A stretch of DNA of 64,000 nt from Nitrosopumilus sp. (GCA_965218695.1 OZ244651.1:992001-1056000); one strand, 5' to 3'. Numbered from the stretch's first letter, positions 8,841 to 19,681 are shown. Notes: generated from the letters alone by a model not told the origin. Made by a program: numbers and translations.

Positions 8841-9746
8841 ATGTCGCTTACCAGCCTGCTTAAACAAAAGAAATACAGGGATGCCTTCGCAGAACACTTC
8901 CCCGTACCTATCTGTTCTCTTGATGGAGACCTTCTGGCACAACCGAAAACGAAGCGGTACTCCATGATCGGAACCGCGTTCGATTACCTTCTCAGATTCC
9001 ACCTCAAGCGAACGAATCCGGATGCGGAATCGCGCCAGTGGGTGGCCGAATCGGGTTTGGATGAGCTGCGTCTGATGAGCGGTGGATACGGGCGAAGGTT
9101 GTCTGATGGCAAGGCCGTAAAAGTAGACCTGAACGGATCCGTAAAGGACATTTTCGTGCCTGTCGATGAGGACGGCAAAATGGTATACAGGGAGCTCGGC
9201 TTGGCGCAGGCGGAGGAGCGTTACGCCAAGACGGTAGCCGATTACGAGCGGTTCCTCAGCGACGGCAACATGAACCGTGGCATGATGCGCGGCGCGCTGT
9301 TTCTGGCACAACTCGATCCTATTCTTCGCGCCGGCCGCGTGGTATTCTCGGACATCGACGAGAATGACGTGGACGATTTGTCAAATCTGCTGGGAGTCGC
9401 AAAGAATATCGACTCCTTCACGCGCAGGCAAAGGTGCACGCTGAATCCCGTATTCGGGAAAGCGTCCGTAATAGTGGGAGGTGCTGATGCAGACCTCATA
9501 CTGGGCGATACGCTGATAGACATCAAGACGACCAAGTTCCTGAAGCTGAAACAGGATATGTGGAGCCAGGTGGTGGGGTATTACCTGCTGGACATGATCA
9601 ACGGAAACGGATATGACATCAAGAACCTCGGCATTTACTTCAGCAGACACGGGGTGTTGCAGACGTTTTCAGTGGACGATCTGGGCGATGTGGGGGATTT
9701 TATGGATTGGTTCAAGGAAGAAGTGAAAAAAGACAAGCGCCGTTGA
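8841..9746 (+). CDS. PD-(D/E)XK nuclease superfamily protein
   Basis: GTAFDY N-terminal motif; GADADLILGDTLIDIKTT (D...DxK) followed by Q..GY, as in RecB-like nucleases. Confidence 0.75.
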   Translation: MSLTSLLKQKKYRDAFAEHFPVPICSLDGDLLAQPKTKRYSMIGTAFDYLLRFHLKRTNPDAESRQWVAESGLDELRLMSGGYGRRLSDGKAVKVDLNGSVKDIFVPVDEDGKMVYRELGLAQAEERYAKTVADYERFLSDGNMNRGMMRGALFLAQLDPILRAGRVVFSDIDENDVDDLSNLLGVAKNIDSFTRRQRCTLNPVFGKASVIVGGADADLILGDTLIDIKTTKFLKLKQDMWSQVVGYYLLDMINGNGYDIKNLGIYFSRHGVLQTFSVDDLGDVGDFMDWFKEEVKKDKRR

Positions 9747-9857
9747 ATACGAAATGTGCCTAACGGTGCCGACGATCGTGTGCCATAACGAGCATTCATG
9801 CAGTGGACTATGAACTGTATTCAAAGCATGCACGCGCTTGGCATCTGACGACATCTA

Positions 9858-10346
9858 TCAACCAAAGTCTGCAAGAAAGGTATCCTTGGTCGCCCCGTTT
9901 CGTTTCACGCCGTCCACCAAGTGGTCATAGTCCTCTTGGAAGCATATCATGTTCATGCTTCCCGGCCCGTCTATACCGGTCGCCTCCGGCTCGCCGATGT
10001 TCTCAGGTTTAGGACGCATGTCGAAGTAGACTCTGCGTATCTCATGCGACTGCCGGCCTAGTTTTTCCTTCAACTCCTCGACTAGCGGACCACCTGCCCA
10101 TTTGCCAAAGAAGTTACGCTTCTTGTGGCTGATCCTATGTCTACCTGTGCTTACTTCCACCAGAAGAAGGACATTACCTGACCCAAATACGAGATCGACT
10201 TCTCCCTTTATCGGATCTGGGTGATCCTGAAGTATTATGTTGGAACCTACCAAATCAAAACCCATGTCAGACAGCAAGTACGCAACTTTTCTCTCATGTC
10301 CATCATGGATCTGCTCTACACGTTCACGCGTTTCCTCGTCCAACAC
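9858..10346 (-). CDS. Putative restriction-endonuclease-like (PD-(D/E)XK fold) protein
   Basis: HERKVAYLL..GF...GEVDLVF...LLLVEVS; the catalytic Lys position is Ser. Confidence 0.55.
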   Translation of the reverse strand: MLDEETRERVEQIHDGHERKVAYLLSDMGFDLVGSNIILQDHPDPIKGEVDLVFGSGNVLLLVEVSTGRHRISHKKRNFFGKWAGGPLVEELKEKLGRQSHEIRRVYFDMRPKPENIGEPEATGIDGPGSMNMICFQEDYDHLVDGVKRNGATKDTFLADFG

Positions 10347-10772
10347 CGATTCGTGTGCGACGTGGATTCATAAAGATTAGTATGATTGGGTCTGTTACCA
10401 AAATCTGCAAATAACAATCTTAAATTTTCATAATCAAATTTTGACCTGCAAAATCGATTCTTCACAATAACGATGTCTTCCCCAATGCCCTCATAGATTT
10501 GGTTACGGATGAATATGAAATGCTGCCTCTTGATATTTTCGATCTCCGGATCCCCGAACATCTTGCGCGAGATTAGTATTACCGCGGGAATATTACCCAT
10601 GTCGTAGACCTCCTCGATTATGTAATCGACGAATCTTTCCACATCATCCACGCCATGAAAAAGGAAGTCTCCAACAACGACCAGTATTCCAGTCTTGTCT
10701 GCCGGAATTTGATGTGTTTTTGCAAATCCCCTGATTCTGGCTTTTACCCTGTATTCCTGCCTTACATCGTTC
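10316..10772 (-). pseudogene. Hypothetical gene truncated at its 5' end by IS66
   Basis: Reading frame stays open up to the IS66 terminus at 10773. Confidence 0.55.
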
Positions 10773-12298
10773 GTAAGTGTTCACGTCGTGCCTAATTCAG
10801 TTCACTCTTGGGTAAATTTTGTGCAAACCACAGATCCAAATAGGATGGTAATCCAAACCCAATGTGAAAAGCCAGGCTGAACTCAAAAAGATGTACACGG
10901 ATCTCAAGACTGAGAACATCAAGCTCAAGCAGACGATTGAGATGCAAGGGCAGATAATTGAGGAATTGAATCTGGCAGTTGCTGATCTTAAGCGCAGGCT
11001 GGTGCGGCATGACAATTACAACACCCCGTCATCACAAAAAAGGGGGCCCGGATGGCCTGACACAAAGGGAAAAGGCGACGAAAAGAATGCCTACAATAAA
11101 TCCACAAAAGCCTCCCGGGATCAAAAGGACCGCGTGGATGCGGCCGGCAGCGGGAAGTCGCGCGGGGGGCAAAAAGGCCACATGGGCCGCACCCGCAAGC
11201 CAAAACCCACCGAGTTTGAGGAACACACCCCGGAGGCCTGCCCCGAATGCGGCTCGGGTAGCCTTTCCATAGTGCAGTCAGAAAAACGCGACATTACCAG
11301 AGTGGAGCGCACGATAAAGGTCATCACCACGCGCCACACCATAAACACGTGTCGCTGCTCCTGCGGTCTGGTGGACATCAAGCCCGAGACCGGCCTTCCA
11401 GACAAGGGCAGCTACGATCCGAGCATAACGACTGATGTTGCAGACGATTACGTGTGTCGCATGCCGTTTAGGATGATCGCAGACCGCATGTCGCGGTACG
11501 GAATTACACTCTCCTCGGGCACGGCGCACAACATAATGCGCAGGCTGGGAACGTCGCTGGGCGCCCCTGCGGCAGCCATTGCCGCCATGATACGCAAGGC
11601 CAAGATACTGCACGCCGACGAGACATCGATTCACCTAAACGGCCGCAACGTCTGGGTGTGGATACTGCACGATCCGCTGACCGGGCACGCGCTGTACGTG
11701 ATACGGGACAGCCGGGGGGCAAAGGTTCTGAAAGAAGCGCTTGGGGGTTGGGACGGCACGTTAGTGTGCGACGGCTGGACGGCGTACGGAAAATACCGCG
11801 TCCAGCGCTGCTGGTCGCACATAATACGCGAGGCCAGGGACATCTGCAACCGCAATCCGGACTGCCCAGGCGCGCGCAACGTCCTGAAGCACCTGCGCAT
11901 AATCTATGATTATGCCAGAAGGGCAAGCAGGAAACGCTCGCGCTCTCTCCGGGACAACGCGTCTGCCATGCTGACGTCATGCATCGAAAAGATCGTTGCA
12001 AGGTACGCCGACGATCCAATATTGGAAAAATTCATGGTCAAGATCAGCAATGCTGGCAGCGACCTGTTCCGGTTCGTGCTGAACCCAAAGATCCCGCCTA
12101 CAAACAATGCTGCAGAACGCGGGTTGCGCGAGATAGTCGTGCACAGAAAAATACGGGGCAGCATAAGGGCAGAGGAGACGATGACGTGGATGGCGAATTT
12201 CTTTTCATGTGTAATGACATGGAAAAACAAGAAATTGGATTACTTGGCGGAGATTGCAAAATACGCCTAAAAATGAGTTAAACCACGTGAACACTTAC
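10773..12298 (+). mobile_element. IS66-family element (single-ORF, ISBst12-like), copy A
   Basis: 14-bp TIR GTAAGTGTTCACGT / ACGTGAACACTTAC; 1526 bp; no target-site duplication visible. Confidence 0.95.
10864..12270 (+). CDS. IS66 transposase
   Basis: Coiled coil, NTPSS, GGQKGH, CPECG, HADET, DGW, QRCWSH, TNNAAERGLR. Confidence 0.95.
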   Translation: MKSQAELKKMYTDLKTENIKLKQTIEMQGQIIEELNLAVADLKRRLVRHDNYNTPSSQKRGPGWPDTKGKGDEKNAYNKSTKASRDQKDRVDAAGSGKSRGGQKGHMGRTRKPKPTEFEEHTPEACPECGSGSLSIVQSEKRDITRVERTIKVITTRHTINTCRCSCGLVDIKPETGLPDKGSYDPSITTDVADDYVCRMPFRMIADRMSRYGITLSSGTAHNIMRRLGTSLGAPAAAIAAMIRKAKILHADETSIHLNGRNVWVWILHDPLTGHALYVIRDSRGAKVLKEALGGWDGTLVCDGWTAYGKYRVQRCWSHIIREARDICNRNPDCPGARNVLKHLRIIYDYARRASRKRSRSLRDNASAMLTSCIEKIVARYADDPILEKFMVKISNAGSDLFRFVLNPKIPPTNNAAERGLREIVVHRKIRGSIRAEETMTWMANFFSCVMTWKNKKLDYLAEIAKYA

Positions 12299-12303
12299 GA
12301 AAA

Positions 12304-12647
12304 TTATTTAAGAACGCTATCATGCATGGTTTTCGATTTGCGTGTGTAAGACCTCCGACGTGTTGTTGTAGATGACTTGTTAGTTGCTGTATTGCTGTTC
12401 TGATAATTCTTGAATTCATATTCTGCTTCGTACACTAATCTCAAAATCTTGTCAGTAAACTTCAGTGTGAGTTCTACACGTGCCTTATCCGGCGGTTCAA
12501 CTTTATGAGTAGTTCTGTCTCCGTTTGTCCGTATGATGTTTGCCATGTCTTCCAAGGCAGGAGTAATATATCCAAGATTTTTTAGATGGTCTATATGCCC
12601 CACAAAATCCAAACTTTCTTCCGCTCCTTTGTCAACCGCCACATGCA
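12304..12647 (-). pseudogene. DUF4145-like protein, C-terminal fragment
   Basis: IDHLKNLGYIT...IIRTNGDRTTH resembles the DUF4145 (HEPN-like) RxxGNxxxH motif; 5' end cut by IS630. Confidence 0.6.
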
Positions 12648-13945
12648 TAGTAGACGACAGAATGTTTCGCTCATTTTGCCATGAGTGGCAAGTACCTGAT
12701 ATTCAAATTAAAACCCCGCCAGGACGACACGGCGTAAGCATGGTCCAAATGGTTTTGGTGCAAAAATTCCCGTGAAGATCCTTACGGCGTAAGGTACTTC
12801 ATGAGTTTGACGGGTTTCATCTCGCCTGTTCTGATTATTCTCTTGACGGCGCCTGCAACCTCACCTGTAGTCTTGAACTGCCTTCCGGCAAGTATTCTCT
12901 TGAGCACCCTCCACTGGACCTCGATGGGGTTGAGCTGCGGGGTGTACGGCGGGAGGAATATCAGCCGCACGTCTCCTCCGGTGCCCTTCACAAAATTCTT
13001 CACCGTATCCGTCTTGTGATATGACGCGTTGTCCAAAACCATGACGAATCTTCCGTACGTCCGGCGCATGTCTTTTAGGAAATCTACGAACGTTTCGGAG
13101 TTTGTGGACTCGACTTCTTTTGCGTGGATCCGGCCCAGGGCCAGCGCGCCAAACATCCGGACTGATCTCGTGCTGAACTTGACGCTTACCGTGCCTCTGC
13201 CTCCTATGGGCCTCCACCCGTATCCGGCGCCTGCCCCCAGCTGGACTGCAGCCTCGTCTCCTGCAAGCACGGCGTATCCGCGTGAAATTACGCCCAGGAT
13301 CGTTCTTTTTGTCTTCTCCTTGAATTGCTCCTGCTCCTCGGTCGTGGCAGACTTGCGGGGCGCGGGCCGGGGTTTTGTGTATGAGAACCTGATCCGGTGC
13401 AGTGCCCGCTGTAGCGTGCGGATGCAGCCGAATGCGCAGATCCTGCTCCTGATTGCGTCGCGCACCATGCCCAAGCTCCACGACGCGGATGCGAATCCGA
13501 ATTTGGACGGATCCTCGTACAGTCAGTTTCTTATCATCCTGACTGTGTGCTCGCCCAGTATCCTCTTTCTCCCGGTTGACTTTTTGTCAAACCTGCCGTT
13601 CAATCCATCTTGGACGAGCCGCACGAGCCACCCGCGGATGGTGGAGTACGGCCTCATCATGGAGCCGGATATGGCGCGCAGGCTCATTCCGTCTTTTCTC
13701 TTGCAGCACGCAACCAGTATGTCGCGCGCCTTGCCTGACGGCGTTTGGGAAATCATCCGGCGGATCTTGTCTTGGCTCACGTCTTGCAGGAATTGGTCGC
13801 CTTTGGGCAGCCTGTCATTCTTGTATGGCGTGTTTGAGAATATCACCCAGATTTTCAGCACGTTCTGGGATCAAAATCTTTCGGTGGGAAATAACACCCA
13901 CTCAATTTACGCGCTTAAATGATCGAAACATTTTGTCGTCCACTA
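12648..13945 (-). mobile_element. IS630-family element
   Basis: ~29-bp imperfect TIRs TAGTAGACGACAGAATGTTTCGCTCATTT / TAGTGGACGACAAAATGTTTCGATCATTT, flanked by TGCA on both sides. Confidence 0.9.
12782..13861 (-). pseudogene. IS630 transposase interrupted by an in-frame TGA at 13523-13525
   Basis: HTH ORF and DDE ORF (GDEA, DNASYH, LPPYTPQLNPIE) share one frame: ...IRN*LYEDPSKFGF... Confidence 0.85.
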
Positions 13946-13949
13946 TGCA

Positions 13950-14037
13950 TAGTAGACGACAGAATGTTTCGCTCATTTTCCTTTGAATTCATGCCTGATT
14001 TTGCTGGATAATGAGCGGATCATTATGTCCGGTACTA
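13950..14037. mobile_element. 88-bp MITE-like element sharing ends with the adjacent IS630
   Basis: Begins TAGTAGACGACAGAATGTTTCGCTCATT, ends AATGAGCGGATCATTATGTCCGGTACTA; flanked by TGCA. Confidence 0.75.
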
Positions 14038-14041
14038 TGCA

Positions 14042-14861
14042 TAGTAGGGCCTGGTTTGAGCTTTTTGTCTGCTATCGCCATAAAATTAGTGGCATATCCA
14101 GCATTGCCATTTGCACATGTATCTTTGAAAATCTTTTTACTAATAGAGGCCATTTGCTTTTGCATATTTTTGGTCGTGTCAAGCGGTTTAAACATGGCAT
14201 ATCCTTCTTTGCCGCCTTCACGCGTATTGCCTGTAAACGGTGGATTCATCACGATTACGTCAAAGAAATCGTTCGGTATGTCTGGATTGTAATAAGCATC
14301 CGTTCCCTTGCCGCGTATCGTTTCACCCTTCTTGTCAAACGTGATCTTGTCCAATATCAGATTGAGTGAACCCAAATGGCATACTTTAGCCTTCATTCCA
14401 AACCATGCCACTTTCACATTAGTTTGCTCAAACAGTTTTTTTGGGAAAAAATTTGCCAATGATGAAGCTGTCAGGTGGGTAGCACTTGGCAGTACATCCG
14501 CACCATACATGCATTTTTCCATCATCTTGTCATGGATCATCTCCATGTTGCCGCCGTTTATCTCATAATTTTGGATCAAATTCCTGTACAGTGAAGTCAG
14601 GAGAGTGCCTGTCCCGCATGCAAAGTCGGCGCACCTTACAGACAGCATGGATTTTTCGTTTTTGTAAACGTCCGCACTGATCGGTGGAGTCACGATGGAT
14701 GCCAAAAGTGCGGCTGATTCGGACATTGTATAAAATGATGCGAGTGCTTTACGATCGCTTATCATGCGTTGTATGAGCGAGCCATACATGTCGGTGGATT
14801 GCAGCAAACCCATCCTGCCTATGCGGCTGGTCGTCTGTACCAGTTTGTCAATTATTATCAT
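14042..14861 (-). pseudogene. Internal fragment of an N6-adenine DNA methyltransferase (type IIG-like R-M)
   Basis: ASFYT, DFACGTG (motif I), NPPF (motif IV), KLKPG; truncated at both ends. Confidence 0.85.
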
Positions 14862-14916
14862 GTATATCAGGACAAAATAATTTTATTTGGTTCCGTGCCT
14901 GCGACGCTCCAGCCTC

Positions 14917-15153
14917 TCATCTCGCGCAGACGCCGCCAGAATAGTCGCCCAGCACCAGCATGCGGGAACAATGGGCCAGCATCGCGTCGTCGTGGTCGTC
15001 CATCTTGCAGTCGCACCCCGGGCACATCCACGTGAAATCGTCGGTGTAGCTGTGGCCGTAATCTCTCTGCATCAGGGTGAGGCCGCATTCTGCCATCTGC
15101 GAGTCGGCGTGCTTTTCAATGGCTCGTCCGCAGATCGGGCATGTGCGTTCCAT
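14917..15153 (-). CDS. Small protein with two tandem CxxC-H-C metal-binding modules
   Basis: CPICGRAIEKHADSQMAEC and CPGCDCKMDDHDDAMLAHC; ATG at 15153. Confidence 0.65.
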   Translation of the reverse strand: MERTCPICGRAIEKHADSQMAECGLTLMQRDYGHSYTDDFTWMCPGCDCKMDDHDDAMLAHCSRMLVLGDYSGGVCAR

Positions 15154-15301
15154 GTCAGCGGAGCGAGCGTTGCTTAAAAAGGAAAAAACCAGTCCGTTCC
15201 CTAATGCGTGCCCGGCCAACGTGGGTTTTGGGCGTGGCAGAGACCAAAAATTGTGCATCCTGCCAGACACGCACGTCAAACGTCGCAACGCATGCAAGTA
15301 C

Positions 15302-16400
15302 TATAGTGGCGATCAAAAGTTCCTGCAAAATAATTCGGCTTTTCTGTTAAGGAATTTGAACAAATCCAGATTGAATCTTGCAGTTCGATAATACTGGGAG
15401 ACGGCACTGTGCATGTCCAAGAAGGTTTTGTAGTATTCTGAGACAAGCAGGTTCCGTTTTCCTTGGTGCCAGCATTCTTCCACGGCGTTGAGATACGGCG
15501 AGCCTTTTGGCAGGTATATGATCTTGATGTTCTTGTTCTCGCGCAGCAGCGTCCGGACGGCTTTTGCGCGGTGCGGGGACGCCCTGTCCACCATGACGGC
15601 CACCTTCCCAAAATGCCTCTGCAGGGCCTTGAGGTACGCAACAAATGTGGGCGCGTTAAACCCGCTGGCAGTCCTGAAGAACTGCCTGCCATCGGTCGTG
15701 ACTGAACCGTACACGGCGATTCTTTTGTGGCTTCCAGTGTATGGCACGGTTATTGGCACCCCCACGGGGGACCAATACTTGCGGCCAGATTTTACGTCGT
15801 GTATGAAGAACGCCTCGTCTTCCACGACTGGGACAAAATCGTCCTTTTCTAGGCGTGAAATTCTCTTTTTGAGGCGATATTGCCAGCTTTTTACGGCCGT
15901 TTTGGTGGCCCTGTTGATGTGGATCCTTTGCGACCCCTTGGGAGACAGGCCGTATTTTTGCATGATTTTCCTGATGTTCGTTCTGTGCATCTTTGTTCCC
16001 GTTTCCCTGTGTATGACCTGCTGCAGTTCGGCAGGAGTGGTCTTGAACCGGTCCACTACCTTGTCCAGTATGCCGTCCATCGCTTCCGGCGAAATCTTGG
16101 GCGGCCTGCCGGATCTGGGAAGATCCCGGAGGCCTTCGAGGCCTCCTTCCTCGTATCTGCGCATCCAGCGGTATACCCACCGGTCAGCCTGCAAGAGAAT
16201 GTCTGCGGCATCGCTTATGCTCATCTTGCGCACGTGTACCATGTGCACTGCAAGCATTCTGACACGCACCCTGCCGTCTTTTTCCTTTTTGTACGCCTTT
16301 TCGAGTTCTTCCTGTTTTGTTTCGTCCATGCTGCGTTCAAGGACCACGGATCTACATAGTTTTCGGGCAGAATTTGTCAAAACTTTTGCGCGTCACTATA
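15302..16400 (-). mobile_element. IS630-family element with an intact single-ORF transposase (15313-16380)
   Basis: TIR TATAGTGGCGATCAAAAGTT / TATAGTGACGCGCAAAAGTT; DEA, DRASPH, LPKGSPYLNAVEE. Confidence 0.93.
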
Positions 16401-16793
16401 GAATAGGGTTGGTTAGCAGGTTCCCATCCCAGTCGTACTTGTATATCCTGTTTCCCAGTTGGTGTCCACCCTCGCCAGCTGCTGTGAAATAGAGATAGAC
16501 TGTGGAATCGGCGCTGGTTATTCCCAGCAGTCCGCTCTCCCAGGTAGGATCGATGGTAACTTCCAATACGGGTTTGTTCTGCATGATTCCGTCCCGAATC
16601 AGGTGGACGGTGCCGGCCTTGTGTAATATCAGTATGTCATCATCCACAAAAGTATGGTGGTGTGTCCCCATCCTATTCCCTGCGCAAACTCCTCAAGGAC
16701 CAGGCTGTCATCGTGCAGTACGGGTTCGCCAAACGCTGCAGGCAGGACACCGACGAAAACAAATCCCAGAATAGCAAGAGACGGTGCGTCCAA
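16401..16793 (-). pseudogene. 5' fragment of a PQQ-dependent glucose/sorbosone dehydrogenase-like secreted protein
   Basis: Signal peptide plus EPVLHDDSLVLEEFAQG, a frameshift, then ESGLLGI, VYLYFT, NRIYKYDW; cut by IS630. Confidence 0.7.
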
Positions 16794-16890
16794 TTTCTCA
16801 TCATGTGGTGTTTGGCGTTAAATAGATTTGTTATGTTTGGTGGCAGAATCCCTGCCCACAGTAGAATATAATTTGGTGCCTGGCAGACGA

Positions 16891-17100
16891 CTATTTCTTC
16901 AGGACTGGGGTCCCGGCGGTGTCGTTTGCACGCTCAGAATCAAATGTCTCCATGTGGTCCAGATCCCTGTGCATGTAGCTGTGGGTCTCTCCCTTTTTCT
17001 TTCTGCAGAACTTTGAGTGGATCTTTACCTGTATGTCCAGCGTGGTCTGGTTTTCGTGGAAGATGCGTATTTCGCAATCAGGACATATCATCTCCGGCAT
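16891..17100 (-). CDS. Small putative zinc-finger protein
   Basis: CPDC...HSKFC; TATA-like ATATATT upstream. Confidence 0.6.
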   Translation of the reverse strand: MPEMICPDCEIRIFHENQTTLDIQVKIHSKFCRKKKGETHSYMHRDLDHMETFDSERANDTAGTPVLKK

Positions 17101-17221
17101 GAGTCGGGTCTGTGTTGAATATATTTAGATGTTTACAGGCGGTGTTCAGGAGAAGGCCCGGCAGGTACTCCATCAGTGCCTGGCGTGTGTCTGCAGTATG
17201 CCAAACCTTGTGTGGCGCCTG

Positions 17222-17686
17222 CTACTCTGCTAGCCATTTTACCAAGGCTCCGTTTGGATCTGCAAGCTCGTCTATGCTCGTGTAGTACCAGTCTTGCCAA
17301 CCCTTCTTTGGTAGACCCGCAAACAGCATCAAGTTGAGCGGGTACGCATCGCTGTCAGTGCACCGGCGAAAATCATCACGGAACAAAAAGATCTCCTTGC
17401 CCCACGCGATTGCCATGCCAAGCTCAACCATCACGCCCTCGTCTGGCGGTGTTCCGTTAACCACCGCAAAGATTCCGTCTGCGTCTTTGACGTCTTGCAT
17501 GTCAGAGCGGCCTATCTCGTACGGGCTGTCGTCTCCGGGTCTGCCTTTTTGGTTGTTTCGCTCAAAAGGTTCCCACACCTCGGCTCCGAGTCCGTCTAGC
17601 ACCCTTACAAGATCTTGCAACGGTCCCGCTTTTTGTTGTGCGGAGAACCCGTACGGGTTTGCAAGATAGAGCGTCTTTTTTGTCAT
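17222..17686 (-). CDS. Nucleoside 2-deoxyribosyltransferase family protein
   Basis: LYLANPYGF, D..DVKDAD, PPDEGVMVELGMAIA, NLML. Confidence 0.88.
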   Translation of the reverse strand: MTKKTLYLANPYGFSAQQKAGPLQDLVRVLDGLGAEVWEPFERNNQKGRPGDDSPYEIGRSDMQDVKDADGIFAVVNGTPPDEGVMVELGMAIAWGKEIFLFRDDFRRCTDSDAYPLNLMLFAGLPKKGWQDWYYTSIDELADPNGALVKWLAE

Positions 17687-18097
17687 CTCCTGATGTCTTC
17701 TTTTTGCATTTTGTTTGTATTTGTTTCGAGGCGTGTGGGAATCTTGGGGGCGTGGTTTGACCACAATCACGATGAGGGAGACGACGGCAAGCGCTTGTGT
17801 GCAAGATGCCGCTCAAGAAGGAAACAACAATGGGGGAACGGACAGGGGAGAAACGTCGGCTCCAATTGGATGTTTCAGATGTGCCCGGATACGCCGTCAA
17901 GGCAGGAGTCATCCAAATGACCGTGCCTGGTTTGGGGACAGTCGGCACGTACAAACAAAATCTTTAGATGCACACCGGCCCATCATGAATCATGGATGAA
18001 TTTGAAATATCGTCTTTTTCCATGTGGTCGCTGATTACAGGGATTCTAATGCTTGTCACCGGACTCAGTTATCGCATGTACATGAGGAAGAGGAGCG

Positions 18098-18673
18098 ATG
18101 AAGTCGTTTCATCCTGAGAAGAAGGGACTGCGCGGACTGACAGTTGCAGAGAGCTTTGGACAAAATAATGACAGGGCCGTTCTTGCCGGAGTCGTCATGA
18201 GAAGCGACCTTGTAATTGATGGTTTTGTGTTTGGGGATGCGATGCTGGCAGGGGACGATGCAACCCGTGCAATCCTTGACATGCATGCAAGACTTGGACG
18301 GTCCGATGTAAACTATGTGCTGGTATCGGGCATGATACTGTCCAGGTACAACATCGTGGATCTAAAGGAGCTGCATGAGACCCTCGGGATGCCTGTCGTC
18401 GGGCTCTCCTATCATGACTCTGACGGCCTAGAGTCCACCATCCGGCAGAACTTTCCGAATTCGTTTGAACCAAAGGTCGCAGCATACCGGAGACTGGGCA
18501 GCAGGCAGAGGATACGATTAAGGACGTCGCATGACGTCTTTGTAAGGGTGTCAGGGTGTACTGCAGGCGATGCCGCATGTATCCTCAACAAGCTGACACT
18601 GCACGGATCGGTTCCGGAGCCTGTGAGGGTATCGCGTCTGGCCGCAAGGGCACTTGATGCGTTTCAGGCATGA
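18098..18673 (+). CDS. DUF99/UPF0215 (endonuclease V-like) protein
   Basis: AESF, GVVMRSD, GDDAT, YNIVD, PEPVRVS. Confidence 0.8.
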   Translation: MKSFHPEKKGLRGLTVAESFGQNNDRAVLAGVVMRSDLVIDGFVFGDAMLAGDDATRAILDMHARLGRSDVNYVLVSGMILSRYNIVDLKELHETLGMPVVGLSYHDSDGLESTIRQNFPNSFEPKVAAYRRLGSRQRIRLRTSHDVFVRVSGCTAGDAACILNKLTLHGSVPEPVRVSRLAARALDAFQA

Positions 18674-18728
18674 CTTGTACACGTCACGGTACCCAGATAT
18701 TCTATCCTGGCATGTCTGGGGATGGTGA

Positions 18729-19490
18729 TCATCCTTCAGAGGCCGTCTTGCCCCCATCCACGTTCAGGATGGTTCCGGTGACCCAGCGAGCCTCGTCTGA
18801 TGCCAGGTAAAGCACAGCATTTGCAACATCTGATGGTTCCCCTATTCTGGCAAGCGGCAGCCTGTCCTCAAGCACCTTTCTTGCATGCGGGTCATCCAGG
18901 TACGGCTTGATCATTCCGGAGTTGACTATTCCCGGATTTATACAGTTGCACCTGATCGTTCTCCTTGCATACTCTACTGCAATTGATTTTGTAAACATGG
19001 ATATTGCAGCCTTTGTTGCAGAGTACACTGCCAGATGCACCCGGGGTATCGCCCTCTCTCCCGAGATGGATCCGACGTTTACGATCGAGCCGCTTCTCAC
19101 CTCATACATCCTTGCAAGCACCGCCTTTGTAATGTGAAACATTCCCAACAGATTCACGTCAAGAACCCTCTTGACCTCCGGGGTCGGCATCGTGTGAAAA
19201 TGTACTGGGTCGTTTATGGTTCCTGCGTTGTTTACAAGTATGTCGATCTTGCCGTACGTGTCCATAACCTGATTGACGACCTGCGTCGTGTATGACTCGT
19301 CAAGCAGATCGCAGGATATTGATACTGTCGACTTTTCATTTCCAATCTCCCTTCTGGCACTTTCCAGCACGTCCAGATTCCTTGCAATTAGAACCACCTT
19401 TGCCCCCTCTTGGACAAACCTGCTGACAATTCCCTTGCCTATGTCGCTTGAGGCGCCCGTAACAATTGCAACCTTGCCTTCAAGTCTCAT
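18729..19490 (-). CDS. Short-chain dehydrogenase/reductase
   Basis: [22 protein letters not shown]. Confidence 0.93.
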   Translation of the reverse strand: MRLEGKVAIVTGASSDIGKGIVSRFVQEGAKVVLIARNLDVLESARREIGNEKSTVSISCDLLDESYTTQVVNQVMDTYGKIDILVNNAGTINDPVHFHTMPTPEVKRVLDVNLLGMFHITKAVLARMYEVRSGSIVNVGSISGERAIPRVHLAVYSATKAAISMFTKSIAVEYARRTIRCNCINPGIVNSGMIKPYLDDPHARKVLEDRLPLARIGEPSDVANAVLYLASDEARWVTGTILNVDGGKTASEG

Positions 19491-19681
19491 GTTGTTATGC
19501 GACACCACTACCCTTATAGGATTTTTGCTCATTTGTATATAACTGCCGGATTCACGCTCACCGCCCACATGCATCAGGCAGAGGCGGCACCACCATTCCT
19601 ACACCCTGCCGGTTCTGCCTGCGGGAGGGATGGTTTCTCTGGAGCATGACTGCAGATGCACCACGACAGATGTGCCTGCAG

